This document shows, piece by piece, positions 37,721-47,205 of a stretch of DNA of 51,439 nt. Each line of letters begins with the position of its first letter. The stretch's first letter is position 1. The notes below the pieces were generated by a model. It was not told where the DNA came from. It worked only from the letters and a program-made list of their open reading frames with translations, and made no database searches. Source of the stretch: an uncultured Candidatus Binatia bacterium (lineage in GTDB: Bacteria; Desulfobacterota; Binatia; UBA1149); the NCBI GenBank assembly GCA_963579235.1, contig CAUZFM010000003.1, positions 1 through 51,439 of the forward strand. The letters are read 5' to 3'. The position numbers were made by a program, and so were the translations under genes.

Positions 37721-39181
37721 TCACAATGCCGGGACGTCCTTTCCCTCGCCGAAAATAACGCGATCGGGCCTGGCCACGACGACCTCGTGCTCGAGCAACA
37801 ACGCCAGCATGGCGCCGCTGGGCTCGGGGATCGTCACGAATATCGCGCCGAGTTTTTCCCAGCGAGACCGGGCGTCATCGTCCAGGGCATCTCTCGGATT
37901 CTTCCCGGATATAACGGCCCAGTGCAAGCCGACAAGTTCATCGAGCGTGCCGTGCCTGCCTTCGACCATGGCCGGGGCCTGCGGCACCAAGCGGCCTATC
38001 CAGTTGCTGTCGCGCCCGGCCAGCAGTCCAGACGAGAGATCAGGCAACTGCGCGTCGCCCCCATAGGCGTAGGCCTGCAACTCGGGCAGCGGTTCGGGCC
38101 CACCGCGGGTCATCTCGGCAAAGGCGTCAATCAGCTGGCCGGTTTTCACCGAGTGCTCGATGGCCTTGAGCGTGAGCGGGCGTCGCTCGGCAGTGTAGGT
38201 GTCCAGCAGGCCGTCGCCCGCCAGCCCGCGTTCGACGTGGGCTATCTTCCAGGCGAGGTTGTCGACGTCGCGCAATCCGCTGCACAGGCCCTGGCCCATG
38301 AATGGCGGTGCCTGGTGGGCAGCGTCGCCGGCCAAAAACACGCGGTCGTTGCGGAAAGTCTCGGCTATGGTCGAGTGAAAGGAGTAGACCGCGGCGCGAA
38401 CCAGTTCGGCGTCCTGCCGCGGCATCCACTTTTCTACCAGTTCCCACACCCGCTCGGGGCACTCCATCTCGTCGGCGGTTTCGCCGTCGCGCAGCTGGAA
38501 CTCCCAGCGACGCATGTTCAATGGCAGCGGCATCATGGTGGTGGGTCTTTCGGGGTCGCAGACCTGTCGTACGCAGGGCGGCAGTTGATCTTCGCCGGTC
38601 ACCGTGACGTCAACCACCAACCATTCGCGGTCGTAGCCGAGGCTCTGCCAGTCTATGCCGCAGGCCTTGCGAGTGGGGCTCGCGGCGCCGTCGCACGCGA
38701 TCAGCCACTTGGCCTGTACCGTTTGGAAACTGCCACTGGCCAGGTCGTGAACACGCAGCGATACGTGGTCGTGGTGTTGTTCGAATTCGACGACTTCGTG
38801 CGACAGGTGGAGATTCACGTCCGGCAAGTCAGCTATGTGCGCGCGGAGGGAGCGTTCCATGCCCGGCTGGTGAAACATGCGGATGACGGGGTAGCCGTTG
38901 GGGGTAATCAATCCGTCCGGGTAATCCAGGCCTATCAGGCGTTTACCGGCCGCGTCTACGAACTCCGCTCCCACGGGTTCGTACATGACCGGCAGCGCGT
39001 TTTCGAGCAGACCGCTGTTGGCCAGGATCCGCTGTACGTCGTCCCACATACCAACAGCGCGTGGCAGGTCGTAGACATCGGGCGCGCTGTCGAACGCAAC
39101 AGCGGACAGGCCGTGCAATCCGCACAGGTTGGCAGCAAGCGCTCCCGTGGGGCCAGCGCCGACGATGGCAACGTCGTACAA
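37721..39181 (-). CDS. FAD-dependent aromatic hydroxylase (MhpA/PheA-like)
   Basis: DVAIVGAGPTG, LIACDGAAS and LAGDAAHQAPPFMGQGLCSGLRD motifs; TTG start at 39181 with GGAG Shine-Dalgarno. Confidence 0.88.
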   Translation of the reverse strand: MYDVAIVGAGPTGALAANLCGLHGLSAVAFDSAPDVYDLPRAVGMWDDVQRILANSGLLENALPVMYEPVGAEFVDAAGKRLIGLDYPDGLITPNGYPVIRMFHQPGMERSLRAHIADLPDVNLHLSHEVVEFEQHHDHVSLRVHDLASGSFQTVQAKWLIACDGAASPTRKACGIDWQSLGYDREWLVVDVTVTGEDQLPPCVRQVCDPERPTTMMPLPLNMRRWEFQLRDGETADEMECPERVWELVEKWMPRQDAELVRAAVYSFHSTIAETFRNDRVFLAGDAAHQAPPFMGQGLCSGLRDVDNLAWKIAHVERGLAGDGLLDTYTAERRPLTLKAIEHSVKTGQLIDAFAEMTRGGPEPLPELQAYAYGGDAQLPDLSSGLLAGRDSNWIGRLVPQAPAMVEGRHGTLDELVGLHWAVISGKNPRDALDDDARSRWEKLGAIFVTIPEPSGAMLALLLEHEVVVARPDRVIFGEGKDVPAL

Positions 39182-39183
39182 GC

Positions 39184-40026
39184 CTACTCCCCACGCGCCA
39201 CGCAGCGGTTGGTCATCGTGCCGATGCTCTCGATCGTGGTGGTGACCTCGTCGCCCGGCTGCAGGAAGGTGCCCGCCATCACGCCCACGCCCGACGGTGT
39301 GCCGGTAAAGATGAGGTCGCCGGGTTCCAGCGTGCAGATGGCCGAGATGTAAGCGACCAGCGCCGGGACGTCGAAGATGAGATCGTTGGTGCGCGCGTCC
39401 TGTTTCTGTTCGCCGTTGACCGAGCATGCCAGCGCCAGGTCGTTGGGGTCGTTGAGCTGGTCGACCGAGACGATGCTGGGCCCTATGGGGCCGAAGGTGT
39501 CGTAGGACTTACCGAGGTCGAAGTGGGGTGGGCGGGAAGCGAACTGGGTGGTACGCTCCGATATGTCCTGCCCGCAGGTCACCCCGGCGATGTTGTCCCA
39601 GGCATCTTCGGCCGCGATGTCGCGCGCGCGCGTGCCCATGACCACCACCAGTTCGGCTTCCCAGTCGGTGGTCGGCCCGAAGACGATAACGTCGTCGCAA
39701 GGGCCCACGATGCAGCTGCTGAGCTTGTTGAACACCAGCGGGTTTTCGGGAAGATCCATCTTCGATTCCTCGGCGTGGGCCCTGTAGTTCAGACCTATAC
39801 CGAGCACTTTCTGCGGTCTCGGCACAGGCGGGCCCAGGGTTGCCGGGTCAAGCTGCGCGTCGGGCGAACCGTTGAGCGAGGCGGCCACGTCGTGCAACTC
39901 GCGGTAGCGGGCTACGGCCTGCATGGGGTCCGAGGAGAACCCGTCAGCGTGTCGTTCGAGGTCGTAAACCCCGTTGTCGCTAACCAGTACCGCCCGATTA
40001 TTGATGTTTGCCAACCTGAACGCCAT
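39184..40026 (-). CDS. Fumarylacetoacetate hydrolase family protein
   Basis: IGLNYRAH, DWEAELVVV, QDISER, GKSYDTFGPIGP and PGDLIFTGTPSGVG motifs. Confidence 0.92.
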   Translation of the reverse strand: MAFRLANINNRAVLVSDNGVYDLERHADGFSSDPMQAVARYRELHDVAASLNGSPDAQLDPATLGPPVPRPQKVLGIGLNYRAHAEESKMDLPENPLVFNKLSSCIVGPCDDVIVFGPTTDWEAELVVVMGTRARDIAAEDAWDNIAGVTCGQDISERTTQFASRPPHFDLGKSYDTFGPIGPSIVSVDQLNDPNDLALACSVNGEQKQDARTNDLIFDVPALVAYISAICTLEPGDLIFTGTPSGVGVMAGTFLQPGDEVTTTIESIGTMTNRCVARGE

Positions 40027-40115
40027 GTAGAGTTCCTCCCGGAGAGGCCTTTTCTAGCATAAGCCGCGCTCTTAATGCAGGCTTGGTGGGTAGAAATGCC
40101 GGGGGAACGCAAAAT

Positions 40116-40661
40116 ATGAAGTTGAGATGGTCTCACGCTGTTATGTACGTAAGGGACGCGGAAGAAATGGTTGATTTTTATCGTGACATGCTCGGCTTCG
40201 AGGTCAGTGACCACGGGCCTGTCATGGTGGGCGAGCAGGACCTCGGCGTCGAAGTAACTTTTCTCAGCCAGGTTGCGACCGACCATCACCAGTTGGCCTT
40301 CGTGCCGGTGAGGGGCGACGGGGCTTCTAACACTTACGACCACATGGCCTTCCGCGTGGATTCGCTGGCCGAGGTCAAGGAGCTGGCCGCGCGCCTGCAG
40401 GACGACGGTCGTGCCACGGAAATTAACGCGATGAATCATGGCAACGCCTGGTCGGTGTACTTCAAGGACCCCGATGGTAACGGGGTCGAGGTGTTCTGCG
40501 ATTCGCCTTTTCACGTGCAGCAACCGCAGGCGCGCCCCTGGGACTTTGCGATGAGCGAGGACGAACTTCGCGCCGCTACCGAGGAGCAGTTCGGCGGCGA
40601 ACCCGAGTTCAAGCCCGTCGGGGAGTTCTACGCCGAGCGCCGCCGACGCTTCGGCGACTGA
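40116..40661 (+). CDS. VOC (glyoxalase/extradiol dioxygenase) family protein
   Basis: SHAVMYVRD..FYRDMLG, HHQLA, DHMAF and NHG.AWSVYFKDPDGNGVE motifs. Confidence 0.88.
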   Translation: MKLRWSHAVMYVRDAEEMVDFYRDMLGFEVSDHGPVMVGEQDLGVEVTFLSQVATDHHQLAFVPVRGDGASNTYDHMAFRVDSLAEVKELAARLQDDGRATEINAMNHGNAWSVYFKDPDGNGVEVFCDSPFHVQQPQARPWDFAMSEDELRAATEEQFGGEPEFKPVGEFYAERRRRFGD

Positions 40662-40662
40662 A

Positions 40663-42540
40663 TCAGTTTTTGGCTTTGGCCTTGAACAAGTCCGCCGTGT
40701 TCTTGCGTATGTGGGTGCCCGTGAATGAGCTCGTCCAGCAGGTGCCCGTGTCGTTCACGAGTTGCACCACCACGCTGTCGTCGGCCGCGAAGTAGGCGGC
40801 GACCGAGTCAGGGCCGGGAATCGGCAATCCCGAGCCGCGGCCCTTGAGCTGGGCCTTGCCGCGTCCCGCGCTACCCGCGGCCACTTTGACCTGCTGCACG
40901 CCGTCCTGGGCGCCGCCCTTGTCCTTGTAGCTGCACTTACTTCCCTTGCACTTCCAGGCAGAGGCCGAGGGCGGTACGAGGAGTTCGATGACGAGCTGCG
41001 TAGACTGGGAGACACTGTCGTACACGCACAGCATGTAGTCGGTGTCGCCCGCCGGGGTGCCCAGGTCGGCCACGGTGAGCGCTGTGCCCTTGGCCAGCTT
41101 CCATTTTAACTTGTCTTTGGACGCCAGCGCGTGATCACGAAGATGGAAGCTTGTCACCGCTCCAGTGCTGCAAGAAGGCAGCGGCGCTGCCGCGCAGGAG
41201 GGGGCCGGGGGGGGCAGGGTAGTGGTCGTAGTCGTAGTCGTTGTCGTGGTCGTGGTCGACAGCGTGGTAGTCGACGCGCAGTTGAGCGGTCCGGGGGTGC
41301 ACGTCCCTGACTGGCAACTGTCTCCGCAGGTCAGAAAATCATCGTCATCGCAGGCGCTGCCATTGACCAGTGACGGGTCGGAACACAGGCCGGTTATCGT
41401 GTCGCACACGCCGGCCGCGTGGCACTGGTCGCTGGCCAGGCAGCTCACGGCCTGGTCCACGCACAGCCCGTCGGTGGGGTTGCAGGCGCTCGCCGTACAC
41501 AGGTCGGGTGCGTTGCAGGTCGTCGTGCTCGCTGCTGTGCACAGTCCACCCTGGCAGGTCTCGCCCGTGGTGCAGGCGTTGAGGTCGTCGCAGGCCGTTC
41601 CGTTGGGGTCAGCGCAGGGCAGCAGCGAGTCGGTGGGGATGGCGGCGGCCGCGTTCGCCGTGGTCGCGTTGCTTGCCCCCAGCACCGGGTTGCCGGTGAT
41701 GCTCGAAACAAGGTCTACCGTGGCTGCCGAACGAGTGGCCGAACGAGTAGTGGCCACGCTCATGCCCCAGGACAGCCCCTGCTTGCAGCTCGCGTAGGCG
41801 TCGCCGGGTATCGGCGGGGTGAAATTGAAATTGCTGAAGATCGAAGCGTCGGAGCCGCAGCTGTCCACCAGGGCGATGTCGACTTCGCCGCCCACCGTGG
41901 AGTTGACCACCAACTGCAACACTGAACTCGAAGTACCATCCCCTATCACCGTGACCTCTACGGGTCCGTCGAAGTCGCCACCCTCGTGATTCCTCGACGA
42001 CATGACGGCGCGAAACTGGTTGGCGCCAGCGTACAGCGTCGCCAAGCTGGCCTGGTAGAATGAATTCCAGCTCATCGCCAGGTGCAGGGTGACCGTGACC
42101 GGTGTTCCCACGGTCAGCGTGGATGACTGCACCGCAATTGTGTCCCAGTACTGCACGTAGGCACCGCCGTTGTAGCTGTCGTTGTCGCAGGACCACAGGT
42201 TCTCGTTCTCCGTGCAGGTGTTAACGCCTATGCCGTAGTGGGAGATGCCCATGGCTGCGGCCGGTAGTACAGCCGACGCCGTAGAACCGCCGGTTATGGC
42301 CTGGACCGCGAAGGGGGCGCTCGACACCGTGCCGTTGCCCGCTGGCAGGAAGTTCAAAAACAGGTCCGACTCCTGGACGATAGTGTTGCCGTCGATCACA
42401 CGGAATGCCGCGCTGCCGACCAGGCGCAATTCGGCCCGGGCGGGCGTGGCGGGGCCCGCGATGGCGGTCAGCAGTAACGAGACGATCAGCACTGACAAGC
42501 TGCTGAGCTTACGAGGAGTGGTTGGTATAGAATCCGGCAT
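40663..42540 (-). CDS. Secreted/surface protein with Cys-rich repeats, Thr linker and Lys-rich C-terminal domain
   Basis: Signal peptide ending ARA; CDDLNACTTGETCQGGLC-type repeats; poly-T linker; C-terminal KLKWK...Y.LCVYD...WK...YKDK...VQLVN...CW domain. Confidence 0.78.
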   Translation of the reverse strand: MPDSIPTTPRKLSSLSVLIVSLLLTAIAGPATPARAELRLVGSAAFRVIDGNTIVQESDLFLNFLPAGNGTVSSAPFAVQAITGGSTASAVLPAAAMGISHYGIGVNTCTENENLWSCDNDSYNGGAYVQYWDTIAVQSSTLTVGTPVTVTLHLAMSWNSFYQASLATLYAGANQFRAVMSSRNHEGGDFDGPVEVTVIGDGTSSSVLQLVVNSTVGGEVDIALVDSCGSDASIFSNFNFTPPIPGDAYASCKQGLSWGMSVATTRSATRSAATVDLVSSITGNPVLGASNATTANAAAAIPTDSLLPCADPNGTACDDLNACTTGETCQGGLCTAASTTTCNAPDLCTASACNPTDGLCVDQAVSCLASDQCHAAGVCDTITGLCSDPSLVNGSACDDDDFLTCGDSCQSGTCTPGPLNCASTTTLSTTTTTTTTTTTTTLPPPAPSCAAAPLPSCSTGAVTSFHLRDHALASKDKLKWKLAKGTALTVADLGTPAGDTDYMLCVYDSVSQSTQLVIELLVPPSASAWKCKGSKCSYKDKGGAQDGVQQVKVAAGSAGRGKAQLKGRGSGLPIPGPDSVAAYFAADDSVVVQLVNDTGTCWTSSFTGTHIRKNTADLFKAKAKN

Positions 42541-42671
42541 CGGCGGTTCCCCCTGACTCGTGAGACTATTGGATGCACTGCCCAGCCGTCAAGGCTCGCT
42601 GTCCGGTTGCCCCCTGATTGGGGGTGTCAGGCGTTCACTCAACCGTGGCGCTAGGGTAGTATCGCTGCCTT

Positions 42672-43781
42672 ATGAGTGATGCCGACACCGAGGGACTTGA
42701 TTTCAAAGTGCGACGCGACGACTGGTCGCGCTGCGAATTCGTGCCCAACGAGGTGAGCCTTGAGCCGCCGGCGGGTGGCGTGCTTTTTCGCGTGGATCGC
42801 TTCGCGTTGACCGCCAACAACATCACCTACGCGGTGGCCGGTGACATGCTCGATTACTGGGGCTTCTTTCCGGCCGATGAGGGCTGGGGGCGTATACCGG
42901 TGATGGGTTTTGCCGACGTGCTCGCGTCGAGTCATCCGGCCGTCGCGGTGGGCGAGCGCGTGTTCGGCTTCTTTCCCATGTCGCGGCATCTTCTCATCGA
43001 GGCAGAGCGCAAAGGTGAGTCGGTGATAATCGATGCCTCGCCACATCGTTCGGGCCACGCGTTGTTCTACCGGCAGTACACTCCCGTGGCCTCGGACCCC
43101 TTGTACCAGGCTGTTGGCGGGGCCGCGCGAGAAGACGCGTTGATGATTTTCAGGGGCTTGTTCATGACGTCGTTTCTCGCCGACGACTACCTGGCCGAAA
43201 GCGACTTTGGCGGCGCCCGTGAGGTGGTCGTCATCAGTGCTTCGAGCAAAACCGCCATCGCTCTTGCCTGGGTGCTGTCGCGCCGAAGCGGGCTGGCGGT
43301 CACTGGCCTCACCTCGCCGGGCAACAGGGAGTTCGTTGAAGGCCTGGGTTGTTACGACAAGGTGGTGACCTACGACGCGTTGGACGAAATAGACGACGGC
43401 TGTCCGCTTGGCTTTGTCGATATGTCTGGCAACGCTGCTGTCCTGCGCAGCTTGCACGAGCGTTGCGGCGACAAGGTGAAGTTCTCGTTGCTGATCGGCG
43501 TGACCCACTGGCAACAGTCTGGCGATACCACGGACCTGTCGGGTGCAGCGCCGGAGTTTTTCTTTGCCCCGACCCAGGCCGAAAAACGAGTTGGCGACTG
43601 GGGTGCCGCCGGCTTCCAGGAGAGAGTGGGGGGCGCGCTCGTGCAGTTTCTCGAGTGGACAGACGACTGGCTGCAGCTACGGCGCGACAGCGGGCCGGAG
43701 GCTATGGAGCGGGTATATCTCGATACTCTCAAGGGCGGCCTTGACCCCAGCGTGGGCAGGCTGCTCTCGCCCTGGGACTGA
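42672..43781 (+). CDS. DUF2855 family protein
   Basis: FALTANNITYA, YWGFFP, IPVMGFA, LFMTSFL, SASSKTA, GVTHW and FFFAP motifs. Confidence 0.82.
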   Translation: MSDADTEGLDFKVRRDDWSRCEFVPNEVSLEPPAGGVLFRVDRFALTANNITYAVAGDMLDYWGFFPADEGWGRIPVMGFADVLASSHPAVAVGERVFGFFPMSRHLLIEAERKGESVIIDASPHRSGHALFYRQYTPVASDPLYQAVGGAAREDALMIFRGLFMTSFLADDYLAESDFGGAREVVVISASSKTAIALAWVLSRRSGLAVTGLTSPGNREFVEGLGCYDKVVTYDALDEIDDGCPLGFVDMSGNAAVLRSLHERCGDKVKFSLLIGVTHWQQSGDTTDLSGAAPEFFFAPTQAEKRVGDWGAAGFQERVGGALVQFLEWTDDWLQLRRDSGPEAMERVYLDTLKGGLDPSVGRLLSPWD

Positions 43782-43789
43782 AGCCGCGG

Positions 43790-45238
43790 TTAGGAAGCGT
43801 TGATCTCTGAGATTCGCGGTGTCTTAAGATCGCGCCGGAAGCGGTCGGGCGTGTAGGGCCACAACGCCGGTATGCCGCGTTTGTCGAGGTACCAGCTGTT
43901 GCACCCCGTGCTCCACACCGAGCTGGCCAGCGCCTTTATGCGTTCCTCTTCGAGCTGGTCACAGACCTCGGGTTTCGGGGAGATTTTCTGCAGCTTTCCG
44001 CTCTGCAGCAACCGGAGGCACTTTATTATGTAGTCGCACTGCGTCTCGGTAACAGACATAAGCGAGAAGTTACCCACGGGTCCGTTGGGACCCTGCAGCA
44101 TGAAAAAGTTGGGGAAGCCGGCCAACGCTACGGTGCGGTAAGCCGTTACCGCCTCGCTCCACGCCTTGGCGAGGGTGACTTCGTTTTCGCCCACCAGGTT
44201 CATCGGGCGCATGAAGGCGTGGGGGTCGAAACCGGTGGCCAGTACCAGTACGTCGAGCTCGTGCAGGTCGCCGTCGGCAGTGCGTACGCCGCCGGGCTCT
44301 ACGCGCTCGATGTTTTCAGTTACGACCGAGCAGTTCGGCGATTGTACCGCTTCGTAAAAGCCTTCGGACATGATCAGGCGCTTGCACATCGGCTCGTAGT
44401 CGGGCGTGAGCTTTGCCCTGAGCTCGGGATCGCGCACGTTTTTCAGGTTGCGCCGGCAGGCCGCCGCTACCTGCGTGCGCTGCCAACCCGGTCTAATCAC
44501 TGCTCGCCCGCCGATCTGCTCGAAAAAAAGCCGCAGGGCGTGGTACACCAGGAACTGCAGGCCCGGCACATATCGAAGGACTTTCTTGAAACTGGCCGAG
44601 TAGACCTTGTCCCCCGACGGGGCGACCCACTGTGCGGTTCGCTGGAACATGGTCATCGTGTCGACGCGGGAGACCATCTCCGTGACCATCTGTATCGATG
44701 TCGATCCGTTGCCTACTACGCCTATTCGCTTACCGTCCAGCTGGACGTCGTGATCCCAGCGCGCCGAGTGAAAGCATGCTCCGTTGAAGGTGTCGATGCC
44801 TTCAATGTCGGGATAGCGCGGGTGGTGCAGCACCCCGGTGGCCGATACCACCACGTCGGCCCGCGTGCTTGACCCGTCCGAGAGATCCAGTTCCCAGCCG
44901 TCGCCGCGCCATCGGCACTCGGTGACCTCGGTGTTGAACCGAATAGAGCGTCTCACGTTGTACTTGTCGGCGACCGTCTCGAGGTACTGCCGAATTTCTT
45001 CACCAGAAGAAAATCGGTTGGTCCAGTCCGACTTCAACTCGAAGCTGTAGCTGTAGTAGTGTGACGGTACGTCGCAGGACAACCCCGGGTACGTGTTTTC
45101 ACGCCATGTACCGCCGACCGAGTCTGCCTTTTCGTAGATGTGGAAGTCGTCGAACCCGGCCTGCTGGAGTTTGATAGCCATGCACAGTCCGGACATACCC
45201 GAGCCTATGATGGCAACCGAGGGGTTCTGATTTTTCAT
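43790..45238 (-). CDS. Flavin-containing (Baeyer-Villiger-type) monooxygenase
   Basis: IIGSGMSG, GGTWRENTYPGLSCD, FNGACFHSARW fingerprint, VGNGST and ATGF motifs. Confidence 0.92.
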   Translation of the reverse strand: MKNQNPSVAIIGSGMSGLCMAIKLQQAGFDDFHIYEKADSVGGTWRENTYPGLSCDVPSHYYSYSFELKSDWTNRFSSGEEIRQYLETVADKYNVRRSIRFNTEVTECRWRGDGWELDLSDGSSTRADVVVSATGVLHHPRYPDIEGIDTFNGACFHSARWDHDVQLDGKRIGVVGNGSTSIQMVTEMVSRVDTMTMFQRTAQWVAPSGDKVYSASFKKVLRYVPGLQFLVYHALRLFFEQIGGRAVIRPGWQRTQVAAACRRNLKNVRDPELRAKLTPDYEPMCKRLIMSEGFYEAVQSPNCSVVTENIERVEPGGVRTADGDLHELDVLVLATGFDPHAFMRPMNLVGENEVTLAKAWSEAVTAYRTVALAGFPNFFMLQGPNGPVGNFSLMSVTETQCDYIIKCLRLLQSGKLQKISPKPEVCDQLEEERIKALASSVWSTGCNSWYLDKRGIPALWPYTPDRFRRDLKTPRISEINAS

Positions 45239-45396
45239 GCTGCTGATTATCTTTCTGCCGGTGGGCCGTCGGCGGTAATGGCAAACTAGCCGCCCGGCCA
45301 AGCCCTGCCAAGAGGGGAAAGGCGTTGGAAACCCCCGTTGCGGACGCGTCCCCCTTTTGCGATGGGGGAGGGGAAAGAATAATTGTCGACAGCAGC

Positions 45397-46182
45397 ATGA
45401 AGGCAAGGCGCATAAGTTCGCGAGTAGTCGAGGTAACGCCGCTGGGCAAGGGCCTGGCGCGCGTGGATCTCGAAGGACCGGATCTTGCCCGCGGCGCAGG
45501 CTGCGGTTGTTTTGCCATGGTCGAGGTACCCGGCAACGGCGGTTGCGTGCTTCCGCGGCCCTATTCTCTCTTCCTTACCGTTACCGAGGATCGGGTAGCC
45601 CTGCTGGTCAAGGACATGGGACGAGGGTCAGCCACCCTGCTGGCGGCGAGGCCGGGCGACGAACTCGCCGTGCTGTCGCCCCTCGGCAACGAGTTTCCCG
45701 AGCCCGTTGGGAGCTGCTGGGCGGTTGCCGGCGGAGTAGGCGCTGCGCCATTCGGCTACCTGGCCGCACGCAAAGGGGTAGAGGTAATTTTTGGCGCCCA
45801 GGACGCGGGGCAAAGCGGTTTTGCGGGCGCCCTCGAGGATGTGGGCGCCACCGTGGAGCTTGCCACCCTGGATGGCTCGGCCGGCTTCAAGGGCACCGTG
45901 GTCGACTGCCTGCTCGCACGCCTTGAAAACGACCGGCCGGACGTGATTTTTTCTTGCGGTCCCACCGGCATGATGCAGGCGGTGGCCGCCGTGGCGCGCG
46001 AACACGGGATAGCCTGCCACGTGAGCCTCGAGGCGCGCATGGGTTGCGGCTGGGGTGTTTGTCGCGGCTGCGTACACCGCGACGCGAGCGGGGGCTGGCG
46101 CTGCATCTGCGAAGACGGCCCCGTGTACGACGCCGACGATATTTTTGCCGCCGTGGAAACAGCGAAGGGAGCAGGCGCCTGA
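45397..46182 (+). CDS. pyrK: Dihydroorotate dehydrogenase electron transfer subunit
   Basis: RPYS, AGGVGAAP, CGPTGMM and MGCGWGVCRGC...C..GPV ([2Fe-2S]) motifs; overlaps pyrD. Confidence 0.88.
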   Translation: MKARRISSRVVEVTPLGKGLARVDLEGPDLARGAGCGCFAMVEVPGNGGCVLPRPYSLFLTVTEDRVALLVKDMGRGSATLLAARPGDELAVLSPLGNEFPEPVGSCWAVAGGVGAAPFGYLAARKGVEVIFGAQDAGQSGFAGALEDVGATVELATLDGSAGFKGTVVDCLLARLENDRPDVIFSCGPTGMMQAVAAVAREHGIACHVSLEARMGCGWGVCRGCVHRDASGGWRCICEDGPVYDADDIFAAVETAKGAGA

Positions 46183-47090
46183 TGTCGGCGGCCACCGACC
46201 TGTCGGTAGATGTAGGCGGCCTCAGTTGGCCCACGCCGGTTGGCCTGGCCTCGGGTTGCTGTGGTTATGGCCGCGAGCTCGAAGACCGCGTGGACGGAGT
46301 CGACCTCGGAAAAGTCGGCGCGATCTTCACCAAGGGGCTTTCGCTGGAGCCGCGCGAGGGCAACGCTCCCGAGTGGGCGTCCAACCCGCCGGGTCGGATC
46401 ACCGAGCTGCCCGGCGCGATGATAAACGCCATCGGCCTGGCCAACCCGGGAGTCGACGCGTTCATAAGTGACAAGTTACCGTGGCTCGCCGAGTGGCGCG
46501 AGCGTTTCGGCGGCCGGGTGATCGCCAATATATTCGGCGAAACCGTAGAGGAGTACGCCGAGCTTGCACGTCGTCTCGACAGTGCCGACGGTGTCGATGG
46601 CGTAGAGCTCAACCTGTCCTGTCCCAACGTGGAGAAGGGTGGCTTGGAGTTCGGCCAGGATGCCGAGGCCTGCGCGGGGGTGACGGCGGCCGTGCGCGAA
46701 GTCACGGGTAAGTTCGTGGCCGTAAAACTCTCGCCGGCCTGCGACGTTGGTGCTCTTTCGGCCGCGGCCGAGCGGGCAGGCGCGCAGGCGCTCTCGATCA
46801 GTAATACGCTGCCGGTTTCCCAGGCGGCGTTGGCATTTGACCCGGTCCCCGAGCTGCCGTCCATGGGCGGCATAAGCGGTCCTGTGTTGAGGCCACTGGC
46901 GCTGGAGGCCACGAGGAGTGCACGCGCCGCCAGCAGTCTTGCCATCATAGGCATAGGCGGCATCGCCACGGCTGATCACGTGCGCGAGTTTTTTGCTGCG
47001 GGCGCCTGCGCCGTGCAGGTGGGTACCGCTTTGTTCGGCGACCCCGATGCCTGCGCCCGCATATGTCGCGGTATCCAGGGGACCGCTTAG
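46182..47090 (+). CDS. pyrD: Dihydroorotate dehydrogenase, family 1B catalytic subunit
   Basis: LASG, MINAIGLANPG, ELNLSCPNV, VKLSP, GGISG, IIGIGGI and AVQVGTA motifs. Confidence 0.93.
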   Translation: MSAATDLSVDVGGLSWPTPVGLASGCCGYGRELEDRVDGVDLGKVGAIFTKGLSLEPREGNAPEWASNPPGRITELPGAMINAIGLANPGVDAFISDKLPWLAEWRERFGGRVIANIFGETVEEYAELARRLDSADGVDGVELNLSCPNVEKGGLEFGQDAEACAGVTAAVREVTGKFVAVKLSPACDVGALSAAAERAGAQALSISNTLPVSQAALAFDPVPELPSMGGISGPVLRPLALEATRSARAASSLAIIGIGGIATADHVREFFAAGACAVQVGTALFGDPDACARICRGIQGTA

Positions 47091-47111
47091 AGAGAGCTGC
47101 GCCTCGAGCGT

Positions 47112-47171
47112 AACGGGGCCCATTGCAACGGAGCCCAGCCTGACGGGTTCCATGTCAACGGGTCCTTAGTG
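47112..47171 (+). repeat. Four degenerate 15-bp tandem units (rACGG-based) between pyrD and gloA
   Basis: aacggggcccattgc / aacggagcccagcct / gacgggttccatgtc / aacgggtccttagtg. Confidence 0.5.
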
Positions 47172-47205
47172 CAAAGGCTCTGCGGTCGAGATAGTAATAG
47201 CCCAG

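Noticed and set aside
45300-45396. PyrR attenuator upstream of pyrK-pyrD
   Set aside because: No PyrR-binding loop consensus or U-tailed terminator is visible.
47112-47171. CRISPR mini-array
   Set aside because: The units are 15 bp, degenerate and contiguous with no spacers; there are no cas genes.
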